From Synergistaceae bacterium (lineage in GTDB: Bacteria > Synergistota > Synergistia > Synergistales > Synergistaceae), in assembly GCA_031549185.1 (NCBI GenBank), contig JAVBQG010000054.1:1-38500 (forward strand): a stretch of 38,500 nt of DNA, in the 5' to 3' direction. The notes under the pieces were generated by a model that did no database searches, was not told where the DNA came from, and saw only the letters and a program-made list of their open reading frames with translations. How positions within the stretch are numbered: position 1 is the stretch's first letter; each line of letters begins with the position of its first letter. Position numbers and translations under genes: made by a program. Of this stretch, positions 17,824 through 30,142 are shown piece by piece.

Positions 17824-18477
17824 TTACAGCCCCTTCTGCTCCGGCAGGTCGAAGCCCTCTCCCAGGAAGTGCGCGTCGCCCATAAGGCTCACCCTCGGGG
17901 CTTGGTTCTCGCGCAGCTCGGCGACCGTGAGACTGCAGTTGGCGATCTGGAAGCTCCAGAAGCTCGACAGCGGCGCGCCGAGGAAGTGGCAGAGGAGCAC
18001 CTTGATCACCGCGTCATGAGCGGCGACGCAGACGTCGCCGCTGTGTTTTTTCGCCAGTGTTTCGACGGTCTCGATCGAGCGTACCTGAACGTCCCGCAGC
18101 GCCTCGCCGCCCTCGCCCGGCATGATGACGGTGTGGGGGGAGGAGTGCCAGAGGTCGAGCACTCGCGGCCAGCCCTTCTGTACCTCGGAGGAGAGCAGCC
18201 CCTCCCAGTCGCCGTGGTTGATCTCCGTGAATCCCTCCACGATCTCGAACGCCTCGCAGTGGCACGTCGCGGCGATCTTCTCGGCCGTGATCCGCGCGCG
18301 CGCGAGTGGGCTCGTGGCGACCGCCTCGAACTTTCCGTCCATCCGGCCCGCCAGATAGGCGGCGATCTTGTCGGCCTGGGCGAGCCCGAACTCGCTCAAG
18401 TCCGTGTCCTGCTGCCCCTGGAAGCGCCCCTCGCGGTTCCAGAGGGTCTCGCCGTGCCGTACGATGAAGAGCCGCAT
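17824..18477 (-). CDS. Histidine phosphatase (phosphoglycerate mutase-like) superfamily protein; candidate phosphoserine phosphatase
   Basis: N-terminal RHGE motif (MRLFIVRHGETLWN) and typical dPGM-fold length (217 aa). The start codon overlaps the serA stop (TAATG). Confidence 0.75.
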   Translation of the reverse strand: MRLFIVRHGETLWNREGRFQGQQDTDLSEFGLAQADKIAAYLAGRMDGKFEAVATSPLARARITAEKIAATCHCEAFEIVEGFTEINHGDWEGLLSSEVQKGWPRVLDLWHSSPHTVIMPGEGGEALRDVQVRSIETVETLAKKHSGDVCVAAHDAVIKVLLCHFLGAPLSSFWSFQIANCSLTVAELRENQAPRVSLMGDAHFLGEGFDLPEQKGL

Positions 18478-20135
18478 TATTCTGTCTCTCCGTTGAGAGT
18501 CACCATCGTCGCCCAGAGCATGTCGGCGTCCCTGGCGATGGTGTTGCAGAGTTCGTCGCTCAGTTTGCCGTCGACCTCCATCACGGCGAGGGCGAGGCCG
18601 CTCGCCTCCTTGCGCCCAAGCGCGAAATTCGCGATGTTGACGTTCGCGTCGCCGAGCATCTTCCCGAGCTTGCCGATGACGCCGGGGCGGTCGTGGTTCT
18701 GGAAGAGCAGAAGGTGGCCGTGCGGCACGAAGTCGATCCAGTAGTCGTTGATCTTGACGATGTGCTGGCGCCCCTCCTCGGTAATGGTGCCGGTGAGCTT
18801 CGCTGTCGTCTTGCCCGCTTCGACCGTGACCTCGATGACGTTGCGGTAGGTCCTCGGCTCGCCGCTGCTCTCCTCGATCGCGATGCCGCGCTCCTGCGCG
18901 AGCAGCGGCGCGATCATGTAGTTGACGTCGGGGCCGTGCGTGACTTCGAGCAGGCCCTTCAGAAAGGCGATGGTATAGGGGTGCAGCGCGCCCGCCGCGT
19001 CGTCCTCGTCGCAGAGCTGCGTGCCGCGCAGCATGACCTTGCAGGTCTGTACCGCGCCGCCCTCTGCGTCGACCAACTGTGCGATCAGGATGCCCATCTT
19101 GCGGGCGAGGCGCAGGTAATTTTTCTGTATCTCGTTCAGGTGCTGCTCCATGAAGGGGAGATTGACCGCGTGCTCATACTGCTCGCCGCGCAGGGCTGCC
19201 AGCAGGTTGGTTACGGCGATGCGCGCGACCTCGGTTTGCGCCTCCTGCGTGCTCGCTCCCAGGTGCGGGGTGAGCACCACGCGGTCGGCGATCTCCTTCG
19301 CGAGCAGGGGGTGATCCTTCGCCGGCGGCTCCTGCGTGAAGACGTCGAACGCCGCCCCGGCCAGGCGCCCCTCGCGGATCGCCTCGGCGCACGCGGCCTC
19401 GTCGACCACGCCGCCGCGCGCGCAGTTGATCAGAAACGCGCCCGGCTTGAAGGCGCGCAGCATCTTCTCGTCGATGAGGTTGCGCGTCTCCTTCGTGATC
19501 GGCACGTGCAGCGACACGAGGTCGACCAGCGCCAGGGTCCCCGCCAGATCGTCGGCCACGGCGATGCCGAGAGTCTGCGCCTTCTTGGGCGAGATGAAGG
19601 GGTCGTACCCGATCACCTCCATGCCAAACGCGCGGCAGCGTTGAGCGACCGCGACGCCGATGCGGCCGAGGCCCACGACGAGAATTTTTTTCCCGTTGAG
19701 CTGGCGGCCGGTGAAGTTCTTGCGCTCCCATTTGCCGGCGGCGAGCGACGCGTGCGCCTGAGGAGTCTTGCGCACCAGCGCGAGCATCAGCGCCATCGTC
19801 TGTTCGGCTGCGGCTAGCGTGTTGCCGGTGGGCGCGTTGATGACGACGATGCCCCGCTTGCTCGCTTCGGGCAGGTTGACATTGTCGACGCCGACCCCCG
19901 CGCGGGCGATGACCTTGATGTTCGTCGCCGCGTCGATGGCCTCTTTGTCCATCGTGGTGCCGCTGCGCGTGATGATCGCGTCGTATTCGTACAGCGACTT
20001 CAGCAGCTCCTCGCGCGCCATCGAGCTGTCGACCGTCAGGTCCACGTCGTTCGCCGCGCGGAGCATGGCAAGCCCCTCTTCGCCGAGCGGCTCCGGCACC
20101 AGAACCTTGAACTTTTCCCCTTTCGTCGGGCTCAT
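18477..20135 (-). CDS. serA: D-3-phosphoglycerate dehydrogenase (with C-terminal ACT domain)
   Basis: 2-Hacid-DH NAD-binding motif GLGRIGVAVAQ, catalytic His/Glu/Arg context, and a C-terminal ACT domain. The start is taken at ATG 20135 (MSPTKGEKFKVLV…) after a GGAGGGG RBS; the track ORF is extended upstream to 20216. Confidence 0.9.
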   Translation of the reverse strand: MSPTKGEKFKVLVPEPLGEEGLAMLRAANDVDLTVDSSMAREELLKSLYEYDAIITRSGTTMDKEAIDAATNIKVIARAGVGVDNVNLPEASKRGIVVINAPTGNTLAAAEQTMALMLALVRKTPQAHASLAAGKWERKNFTGRQLNGKKILVVGLGRIGVAVAQRCRAFGMEVIGYDPFISPKKAQTLGIAVADDLAGTLALVDLVSLHVPITKETRNLIDEKMLRAFKPGAFLINCARGGVVDEAACAEAIREGRLAGAAFDVFTQEPPAKDHPLLAKEIADRVVLTPHLGASTQEAQTEVARIAVTNLLAALRGEQYEHAVNLPFMEQHLNEIQKNYLRLARKMGILIAQLVDAEGGAVQTCKVMLRGTQLCDEDDAAGALHPYTIAFLKGLLEVTHGPDVNYMIAPLLAQERGIAIEESSGEPRTYRNVIEVTVEAGKTTAKLTGTITEEGRQHIVKINDYWIDFVPHGHLLLFQNHDRPGVIGKLGKMLGDANVNIANFALGRKEASGLALAVMEVDGKLSDELCNTIARDADMLWATMVTLNGETE

Positions 20136-20139
20136 CGTC

Positions 20140-21282
20140 CTACCCCTCCATCCATACGTCGTAGGCTTTCGCCATAAAATCGCCCGCGTTTTTGCGCGCG
20201 TCGCCCATGGCGGCATAGAGGCCCCCGAGGGCGAGCGAGATCTCCGGCCAGTTGAAGTCGCCGTAGTGTGCCATGCGGATGATCTTGCCCTTGAGCTCCG
20301 CCTGCCCGCCCGCGGGATCGATGCCCATCGCCTTCAGCGCCTTCGAGACGGCGGCGGTGTCCCCATTCGGCAGCGAGAAGGCGGTCACGCCCGGCGAACG
20401 GAAATTTTTATCCTTCACGAGCGGCTCGTAGCCGAGCGCTTCCAACCCGGCGACGAAAGCGCGGGCCGCGCGGGTGCGGAAGGCGAACCAGTTCTCGGGG
20501 TCGCCATGGGCGAGAATTTCATCCAGCGCCGTTTCGAGGGCGTAATAGAGCGATACCGGGGGGGTGTATGGATTTTCGGGCGTGTCCTTGTAGAGCACTT
20601 TTTTCTGCCGCATGAGGTCGAAGTAGTAGTTGGCGCACTTTCTTTCCGCCGCTGCCTCCCAGCCCCGCTCGGAAACCCAGACGAGCGCGAGGCCCGGGGG
20701 CGTGAGCAGACCCTTCTGCGAGGCTGTCGCGAGGGCATCGATGCCCCACTCCTGCGGATAGCAGGGCATCGCGCCGGTCGAGCTGACGCCGTCGACCAGC
20801 ACGAGCGGCCTCTTCTCCTTCGGCAGCGCCGCGACGATCTCCTTGATCGGGTTCATCACGGCGGTCGACGTCTCGTTCTGCGTCAGGAGCAGCACGGTGC
20901 AATTCGGGTTTTTCTTTACGGCTTCCGCGACGAGCTCCGGCGTCGCGCCGCTGCCCAGGGGGACGTCGACTGCCGTCACGTTCGCGCCGTACAGGGCCGT
21001 GATCTCGCGGAAGCGGTCGCCGAAGACGCCGCACGAGACCGACAGAACGTCAACGCCCGGTCCCGTGAAGTTGGCCGCGAGGCACTCGAGCCCGCCGGTG
21101 CCCGCCGCAGGGAAGATGACCGTGCGCCCCTCGCTCTTGAGCAGCTTTGCCAGTTTCTCCTCGACGCGGGTGAAGAGCTCCGAGAAGGCCTTGCCCCTGT
21201 GTCCGACGAGCGGGCGCGCCTGGCTGAGCGAAACTTCAGGGGTGACCGCGACGGGTCCTGGTGTGAACAGATACTGATTCAT
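20140..21282 (-). CDS. serC: Class V aminotransferase (serine-pyruvate / archaeal-type phosphoserine aminotransferase)
   Basis: Class V aminotransferase fold with the PLP-Lys context …TASQKGLL…. 380 aa, GGAGGTG RBS, 4 nt upstream of serA. Confidence 0.8.
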   Translation of the reverse strand: MNQYLFTPGPVAVTPEVSLSQARPLVGHRGKAFSELFTRVEEKLAKLLKSEGRTVIFPAAGTGGLECLAANFTGPGVDVLSVSCGVFGDRFREITALYGANVTAVDVPLGSGATPELVAEAVKKNPNCTVLLLTQNETSTAVMNPIKEIVAALPKEKRPLVLVDGVSSTGAMPCYPQEWGIDALATASQKGLLTPPGLALVWVSERGWEAAAERKCANYYFDLMRQKKVLYKDTPENPYTPPVSLYYALETALDEILAHGDPENWFAFRTRAARAFVAGLEALGYEPLVKDKNFRSPGVTAFSLPNGDTAAVSKALKAMGIDPAGGQAELKGKIIRMAHYGDFNWPEISLALGGLYAAMGDARKNAGDFMAKAYDVWMEG

Positions 21283-21314
21283 AAAAACACCTCCATAAGA
21301 TTTGCGTATCGTTT

Positions 21315-21352
21315 AAAAAAAGAGGAGTCGACCTTTTTAGGGTCGACTCCTC
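21315..21352 (-). terminator. Intrinsic terminator inside the serC 5' leader (attenuator terminator)
   Basis: On the minus strand: GAGGAGTCGACC-CTAAAAA-GGTCGACTCCTC (12-bp perfect stem) followed by TTTTTTT. It lies only about 33 nt before the serC start codon. Confidence 0.7.
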
Positions 21353-21399
21353 GTCTCTTCTCTCGATGTGCCGAAATTTTTAGCCGTTGTCGAGCGGGA

Positions 21400-21537
21400 T
21401 CAGGCGCTGCAATCCTCCGAGGCGAGAAGTCGATCAATAGACCAGGAAGCTCCGGACGTAGAGTCGGAGCTGGAGGAGGATCCCATTCCACAGAGGTGCC
21501 CATAAATAGCTGTGCCAAACGCTTCGTTCCGTGTCAT
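21400..21537 (-). CDS. Candidate leader peptide (45 aa) MTRNEAFGTAIYGHLCGMGSSSSSDSTSGASWSIDRLLASEDCSA, with a Ser-codon run
   Basis: ATG 7 nt after a strong GGGAGGG RBS. Nine Ser codons fall within 14 codons (TCC TCC TCC AGC TCC GAC TCT ACG TCC GGA GCT TCC TGG TCT). The stop lies 48 nt before the terminator. It is too short to appear in the ORF track. Confidence 0.45.
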   Translation of the reverse strand: MTRNEAFGTAIYGHLCGMGSSSSSDSTSGASWSIDRLLASEDCSA

Positions 21538-21594
21538 GGTCTTTCCCTCCCTCGCGATCGAAATCCCGCGCCCTTTATTTGCGCGACGCGTAAA

Positions 21595-21623
21595 CTTATA
21601 TCACCCTGTGCAAAATATGTCAA
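21595..21623 (-). promoter_or_regulatory. Putative promoter of the ser leader transcript (TTGACA-N17-TATAAG on the minus strand)
   Basis: -35 is 21623..21618 and -10 is 21600..21595. It begins 17 nt after the oadB-like stop. Confidence 0.4.
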
Positions 21624-21639
21624 TGGTTTTTTCGAAATC

Positions 21640-22749
21640 TTAACCTCCCAGATACGCCAGCAGTATGCCGCCCGCCAGGACGGAGCCGATCTGTCCCGAC
21701 ACGTTCGCTCCCACTGCGTGCATCAGGAGGAAGTTGTTCGGGTCGGCCTGTTGCCCCAGCCGCTGGATGACGCGCGAGGACATCGGAAACGCGCTGATGC
21801 CCGCGGCTCCGACCATGGGGTTGACTTTCCGCTCTTCGGGGAGAAAGAAGTTGAGGATCTTCGCCGAGATCACGCCGCCCGCCGTGTCGAAGACGAACGC
21901 GATCAACCCCATGCCGATGATGATGAGGGTGTTTTTGTTGACGAAGTCAGCCCCCGTCATCGTGGCCGAGATAGAGAACCCGAGCAGGATCGTAACGATG
22001 TTGGCGAGCTCGTTCTGCGCCGCCTGCGCGAGACGCCTCGTGACGCCGCTCTCGCGGATCAGGTTGCCGAACATCAGAAAGCCGATCAGGGCGACCGAAG
22101 CGGGGGCCACCAGCCCCGCGACGAGCGTCACGATAATGGGGAAGAGGATCAGCTTGGTGCGCGACACCTCGACGTGCGCGTAGCGCATCCGCATCTTTCG
22201 CTCCTTCTCCGTCGTAAGCAGTTTGATCACCGGCGGTTGAATGAGCGGTACGAGCGCCATGTACGTGTAGGCTGCGACCGAAATCGGCGCGAGCAATCGC
22301 GGCGCGAAGCGGTTCGCCACGTAGATCGACGTCGGCCCGTCGGCCGCGCCGATGATGCCGATGGAGGCGGCTTCGAAGATGTTGAAGCCGAGGAGCGTGG
22401 CGAGCCCCATGGTGAGGAAGATCCCCGCCTGCGCCGTGAGGCCGAAGAGGAACATCAGCGGGTTAGACAGGAGGGGAGTAAAATCGCACATCGCGCCCAC
22501 CGCGATGAAGATCAGAAGGGGGAAGAGTTCGTTCGAAATGCCGCCGCGAAAGAGCATGTCGAGCGCGCCCTCGATCATCTTGCCCCCCGCCATATGGTCG
22601 AGCGCGGAGGACATCGGGAGGTTCACCAGGATCGTGCCGAAGCCCATGGCGAGTAGCAGGTTCGGCTCGTAATCCTTGGCAATTGCCATCCACATAAGAA
22701 AACCGCCGACCGCAAGCATCAGAAGCTGTTGCCATTCAAAACCGAGCAT
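21640..22749 (-). CDS. Na+-transporting decarboxylase beta subunit (OadB/MmdB/GcdB family membrane protein)
   Basis: Polytopic membrane protein of the OAD_beta family type (…GIIGAADGPTSIYV…, …MFGNLIRESGV…). The start is chosen at ATG 22749 (MLGFEWQQ…), giving 370 aa; the track ORF extends to 22860. Confidence 0.8.
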   Translation of the reverse strand: MLGFEWQQLLMLAVGGFLMWMAIAKDYEPNLLLAMGFGTILVNLPMSSALDHMAGGKMIEGALDMLFRGGISNELFPLLIFIAVGAMCDFTPLLSNPLMFLFGLTAQAGIFLTMGLATLLGFNIFEAASIGIIGAADGPTSIYVANRFAPRLLAPISVAAYTYMALVPLIQPPVIKLLTTEKERKMRMRYAHVEVSRTKLILFPIIVTLVAGLVAPASVALIGFLMFGNLIRESGVTRRLAQAAQNELANIVTILLGFSISATMTGADFVNKNTLIIIGMGLIAFVFDTAGGVISAKILNFFLPEERKVNPMVGAAGISAFPMSSRVIQRLGQQADPNNFLLMHAVGANVSGQIGSVLAGGILLAYLGG

Positions 22750-23006
22750 GTACACATCGTCCCTTTCGTTTCCACAGCGATATGGATCTCTTGCGACAGC
22801 TTGCCCTATCACGTCTAATTTAATACAGGAAGTGTCAACGGTAAAGCCCCCTCGACTCATTTCCCTCTCCGAAGATTAAGCGATTTTGCCGATTCATCTG
22901 GATTTTTCCGGCTTTTGTCGCGAGGATAATTCGCAATCAGAATTTACTGACAATAGCGAATCCGCCCGCGGCTCTTGTGCGAGGGGTTTTATCGATGTAA
23001 TATGCA

Positions 23007-24560
23007 ATGTCAAATGCGATTTTGTCCATCGTATCGAAAAAATGGGGGGTAAGTGAAGTGGGAGACAACGAGAACGCGAAAAAACAGAACGCACAGGCAC
23101 CGAAGAGTCAGAACGGAAATTATGGCAATAACGCGACAAACACGGTTCCTGCCGCGAAGAACGTAAAAAAACGCCGCGCCGCCATCACGGAGACGGTGCT
23201 TCGCGACGCTCACCAATCGATCATGGCGACGCGGATGCGCACGAGCGACATGATGCCGATCTGCGAGGCGATGGACGAAGTCGGCTATCACTCTCTCGAA
23301 ATGTGGGGAGGCGCGACGTTCGACGTCGAGATGCGCTTCCTGAACGAAGATCCGTGGGAGAGACTGCGCAAGATTCGCAAGTGCGTGAAGAAAACGAAGC
23401 TCCAGATGCTGTTGCGCGGCCAGAATCTGGTCGGCTACCGGCACTATGCGGACGACGTCGTGCGCGAGTTCGTCAAACGGGCGGTCGGCAACGGAATCGA
23501 CATCGTCCGCATATTCGACGCGCTCAACGACCTGCGTAACATGGAGATCGCGGCCAATCAGGTCAAGCGGGAGGGTGCGCACCTGCAGCTTTCGATCGCA
23601 TACACGATCTCGCCCGTTCACACGCTGGATCTCTTTGTCAAACAGGCCCGCGACATGGCGGACATGGGCGCGGATTCGATCTGCATCAAGGATATGGCGG
23701 GGCTCATGACCCCCGTTGCCTGTCGCTCGCTCGTCGAGGCGATCAAGGCAAAGGTCGATCTGCCGATCCAGCTGCACAGCCACTACACCAGCGGCTTGGC
23801 CGCCATGGCCTACCTGGAGGGCCTCGAGGCCGGAGCGGACGTCTGCGACTGCGCGATCACGCCCTTTGCCATGGGTACCAGCCAGCCCGCGACCGAGACG
23901 ATGGTGGCGGCGCTCGCCGGAGGCGCCCTCGACACGGGGCTGTCGCTCCAGGATCTTCTGCCGGTCGCCGAGTACTTCGCGAAGGTGAAGGAGGAGTACT
24001 CCAGCATTATCATGGGCGTCTCCGGCGTCGACATCAACATCCTGCTCTATCAGGTGCCGGGCGGCATGTACTCGAACCTGCAGAGCCAGTTGAAGGAAGG
24101 AAATGCCCTCAACAAGTTGAAGGACGTGCTGGAAGAGGTACCGCGCGTCCGCGAGGAGATGGGCTATCCGCCGCTGGTGACTCCGACCAGCCAGATCGTC
24201 GGCACACAGGCCGCGATGAACATTCTGGCGGGCGAGCGCTGGAAGATCGTCCCCAAGGAAGTGAAGCAGTATTTCCTCGGTTACTACGGCCGTACGCCCG
24301 CACCCGTGAACAAGGAAATCCAAGCCAAGGTAATCGAAGGCGAAACGCCGATCACCTGCCGCCCCGGCGAGAAGATCGCCCCCGAGCTGGATACGCTGCG
24401 CAAGGAGATCGATGCGTGGGTATTGCAACCGGAGGATGTGTTGTCGTACGCGATGTTCCCGCAGGTCGCGAAGGACTTCCTGCCGCGCAAGTTCGCGAAG
24501 GAGACCAAGGTGAACATCGGCTTCGACGATCCGATCGCGGAGGATTCGTACCCGGTATAA
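23007..24560 (+). CDS. Carboxyltransferase subunit (oxaloacetate decarboxylase alpha / transcarboxylase 5S-like; HMGL-like TIM barrel plus conserved carboxylase domain, no biotinyl domain)
   Basis: …ITETVLRDAHQS…, a TIM-barrel metal site, and a conserved carboxylase domain. The protein ends without a biotin-attachment AMKM motif. There is an N-terminal low-complexity N/K/Q/A-rich extension of about 55 aa. The true start is uncertain; GTG 23056 after GGGGGGTAAG is the alternative. Confidence 0.8.
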   Translation: MSNAILSIVSKKWGVSEVGDNENAKKQNAQAPKSQNGNYGNNATNTVPAAKNVKKRRAAITETVLRDAHQSIMATRMRTSDMMPICEAMDEVGYHSLEMWGGATFDVEMRFLNEDPWERLRKIRKCVKKTKLQMLLRGQNLVGYRHYADDVVREFVKRAVGNGIDIVRIFDALNDLRNMEIAANQVKREGAHLQLSIAYTISPVHTLDLFVKQARDMADMGADSICIKDMAGLMTPVACRSLVEAIKAKVDLPIQLHSHYTSGLAAMAYLEGLEAGADVCDCAITPFAMGTSQPATETMVAALAGGALDTGLSLQDLLPVAEYFAKVKEEYSSIIMGVSGVDINILLYQVPGGMYSNLQSQLKEGNALNKLKDVLEEVPRVREEMGYPPLVTPTSQIVGTQAAMNILAGERWKIVPKEVKQYFLGYYGRTPAPVNKEIQAKVIEGETPITCRPGEKIAPELDTLRKEIDAWVLQPEDVLSYAMFPQVAKDFLPRKFAKETKVNIGFDDPIAEDSYPV

Positions 24561-24610
24561 ACCCGGCGGTGTTTGTAAGCGGGCGGCCGTGGGCAGCCGC
24601 CCCTACTTGT

Positions 24611-26062
24611 TTATTCTTGTTCCTGAGGCGCTCGCGTCTGAGGCGGTGTCCCGCCTTCCTGGTCCTCCCTGATGCCGCCCAGGATCCCCGGCCCGACGAC
24701 GCCCGTCATCTTCAGGAGGTCCTGGATGGGGGGCAGGCTCGTGGCGTAATCCTTCACGAGGTGGGATATTGCCTTGCCGTCCGACGCGCCGGAATCCCAC
24801 ACGGTGACCTTGTCGATCTTGAAGTTGGAGATCGCCTGCGCCTGGATGGCCATCATCTCGGGCACCCGGTCGGCCATCATCAGCAGGAACGCCGCGTTCG
24901 CGTCGCCGGAGGCGGCTTCCACGAGCTTGCGGATACCCTCGGCGTTCGTCTCGAAGATTGCCCGCATACCCTCGGCGCGGCCGAGCATCTCGTTTCTGAC
25001 CCGCTCGCCCTCGCCGCGCCCCTCGCGGCTCTGCTGTTCGACCATCGCCTCGGCCTCGATGATGACCTTCTGCTTGTCCGCCTCCGCCAATGGGATCGTG
25101 TCCGCAAGGCGCGAGGCTTTGTCGCGCTCCTGGCGCGCTACTTCCGCCTGCATCTCGGCCTCGTAGGCGAGGCGCTTCGCCTCCGCCTCCTTGGTTTTCT
25201 CCGCCACGGTGGCGCGCCGATTGGCCTCGGCCATCTTTTCGCGCAGGTCGGCCTCCGAGTCGGCCTTCACCTGTTTGGCGATGTTCTCGCCTTTCACGGC
25301 CTCCGCGTCAGCGGCGGAGACGCCGACGCGCTGCTCGCGCTCCTCGTTCGCCATCCCGATCTCACGCTCTTTGCCCGCGATGGCAACGCCGATCCCTTTC
25401 TCCTTGTCCGCCTCGGCGACGCCAATCTGCCCCTTGCGCTCCTGCTCGGCGACGTCGATGCGAGCCTGGTTGATGGCCTCCGAGGCCGCCTTCTGTCCGA
25501 GGGCCTTGATGTAGCCGGACTCGTCGTCGATGTCCTTGATGTTGACATTGATGACGCGAAGGCCGACCTTTGCGAGCTCGACTTCGACGGATTCCATGAC
25601 GGAGGACTGGAACTTTTCGCGGTCCTTGTTGATCTCCTCGATGTTCATCGTGGCGATCGTGGCGCGGAACTGGCCGAAGATGATGTCCTCCGCGACCTTG
25701 CGCACGTCCTGCAGGTTCAGTTCGAGCAATCGCTCCGCCGCGTTCTTCATGACGATCGGCTCCGTGCTGATGCCGACGGTGAAAGTGGACGGCGCCGCGA
25801 TGCGGATGTTCTCGCGCGAGAGCGCCCCCTGCAGCGGGATCTCGATGGAGGTGGGGGTCAGATCGAGGTACGCGTAGTCCTGGAAGAGCGGCCAGACGAA
25901 CGCGGCGCCCCCATGAATGCACCGGGCCGACCCCTCGCCCGTCTTGCCGAAGATGACGAGGATCTTATCGGATGGGCAGCGCTTGTACCGCTGCATCATC
26001 GCAATAAAAGTCAAAAAGAGGAATAATACCAGCACGGCTGCGAAAATAACGCTGATTAACAT
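24611..26062 (-). CDS. Flotillin-like SPFH/band-7 domain protein
   Basis: N-terminal TM helix, an SPFH domain, and a long EA-rich coiled coil typical of FloT/YuaG-like flotillins. ATG 26062 lies 7 nt after an AGGAGG RBS; the track ORF starts at GTG 26065. Confidence 0.85.
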   Translation of the reverse strand: MLISVIFAAVLVLFLFLTFIAMMQRYKRCPSDKILVIFGKTGEGSARCIHGGAAFVWPLFQDYAYLDLTPTSIEIPLQGALSRENIRIAAPSTFTVGISTEPIVMKNAAERLLELNLQDVRKVAEDIIFGQFRATIATMNIEEINKDREKFQSSVMESVEVELAKVGLRVINVNIKDIDDESGYIKALGQKAASEAINQARIDVAEQERKGQIGVAEADKEKGIGVAIAGKEREIGMANEEREQRVGVSAADAEAVKGENIAKQVKADSEADLREKMAEANRRATVAEKTKEAEAKRLAYEAEMQAEVARQERDKASRLADTIPLAEADKQKVIIEAEAMVEQQSREGRGEGERVRNEMLGRAEGMRAIFETNAEGIRKLVEAASGDANAAFLLMMADRVPEMMAIQAQAISNFKIDKVTVWDSGASDGKAISHLVKDYATSLPPIQDLLKMTGVVGPGILGGIREDQEGGTPPQTRAPQEQE

Positions 26063-26159
26063 CACATGACCTCCTGAAAAGTATTTTTAGATTGCCTGCC
26101 AGAATTCTACATGCTGTCTCCGGCAGTGGCAACATAGCTTTCAAATTTCACGTTTCCAG

Positions 26160-26188
26160 TTGACGTTCTTAAAAAAAAAGTGTAGACT
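26160..26188 (+). promoter_or_regulatory. Putative promoter of tRNA-Leu (TTGACG-N17-TAGACT)
   Basis: Hexamers with 17-nt spacing about 35 nt upstream of the tRNA 5' end, separated by an A9 run. Confidence 0.35.
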
Positions 26189-26223
26189 CTCACACGTTCG
26201 GTGCGACGAACGCGCTGAAGATC

Positions 26224-26310
26224 GTCGGGGTGGCGGAACTGGTAGACGCGCTGGGTTCAGGACCCAGTGAGCGCAAGCTCATGGGGGTTCAATTCCCCCC
26301 CTCGACACCA
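26224..26310 (+). tRNA. tRNA-Leu (anticodon CAG), class II with long variable arm, CCA encoded
   Basis: Manual cloverleaf: acceptor GTCGGGG/CCTCGAC (one GU pair), D-arm GCGGAACTGGTAGACGC, anticodon stem CTGGG/CCCAG with loop TTCAGGA, long variable arm, T-arm GGGGG-TTCAATT-CCCCC, discriminator A, then CCA. It is close to E. coli tRNA-Leu(CAG). Confidence 0.85.
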
Positions 26311-26364
26311 ACTTATAAATCGGAAAACCACAAAAAACAAACGATAAGAGAGGTCTGCTGTCTC

Positions 26365-26393
26365 TTGACAGTTGGTCTCTCTTTTGCTATTAT
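26365..26393 (+). promoter_or_regulatory. Putative rpoBC promoter (TTGACA-N17-TATTAT)
   Basis: Near-consensus hexamers with a 17-nt spacer about 57 nt upstream of the rpoB ATG. An AGAGAG…CTCTCT inverted repeat overlaps the -35. Confidence 0.45.
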
Positions 26394-26449
26394 CTACCGC
26401 CGTACATGTCTATGTACCACAAATTTCACTCAGGGAGGTAGTTCTCCCC

Positions 26450-30141
<3,692 letters not shown>

Positions 30142-30142
<1 letters not shown>

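Noticed and set aside
21283-21639. T-box riboswitch as the explanation for the terminator in the serC leader.
   Set aside because: There is no T-box consensus and no specifier-loop or AGAGA/GNUGA elements. The translated Ser-codon-rich ORF with a strong RBS fits leader-peptide attenuation better.
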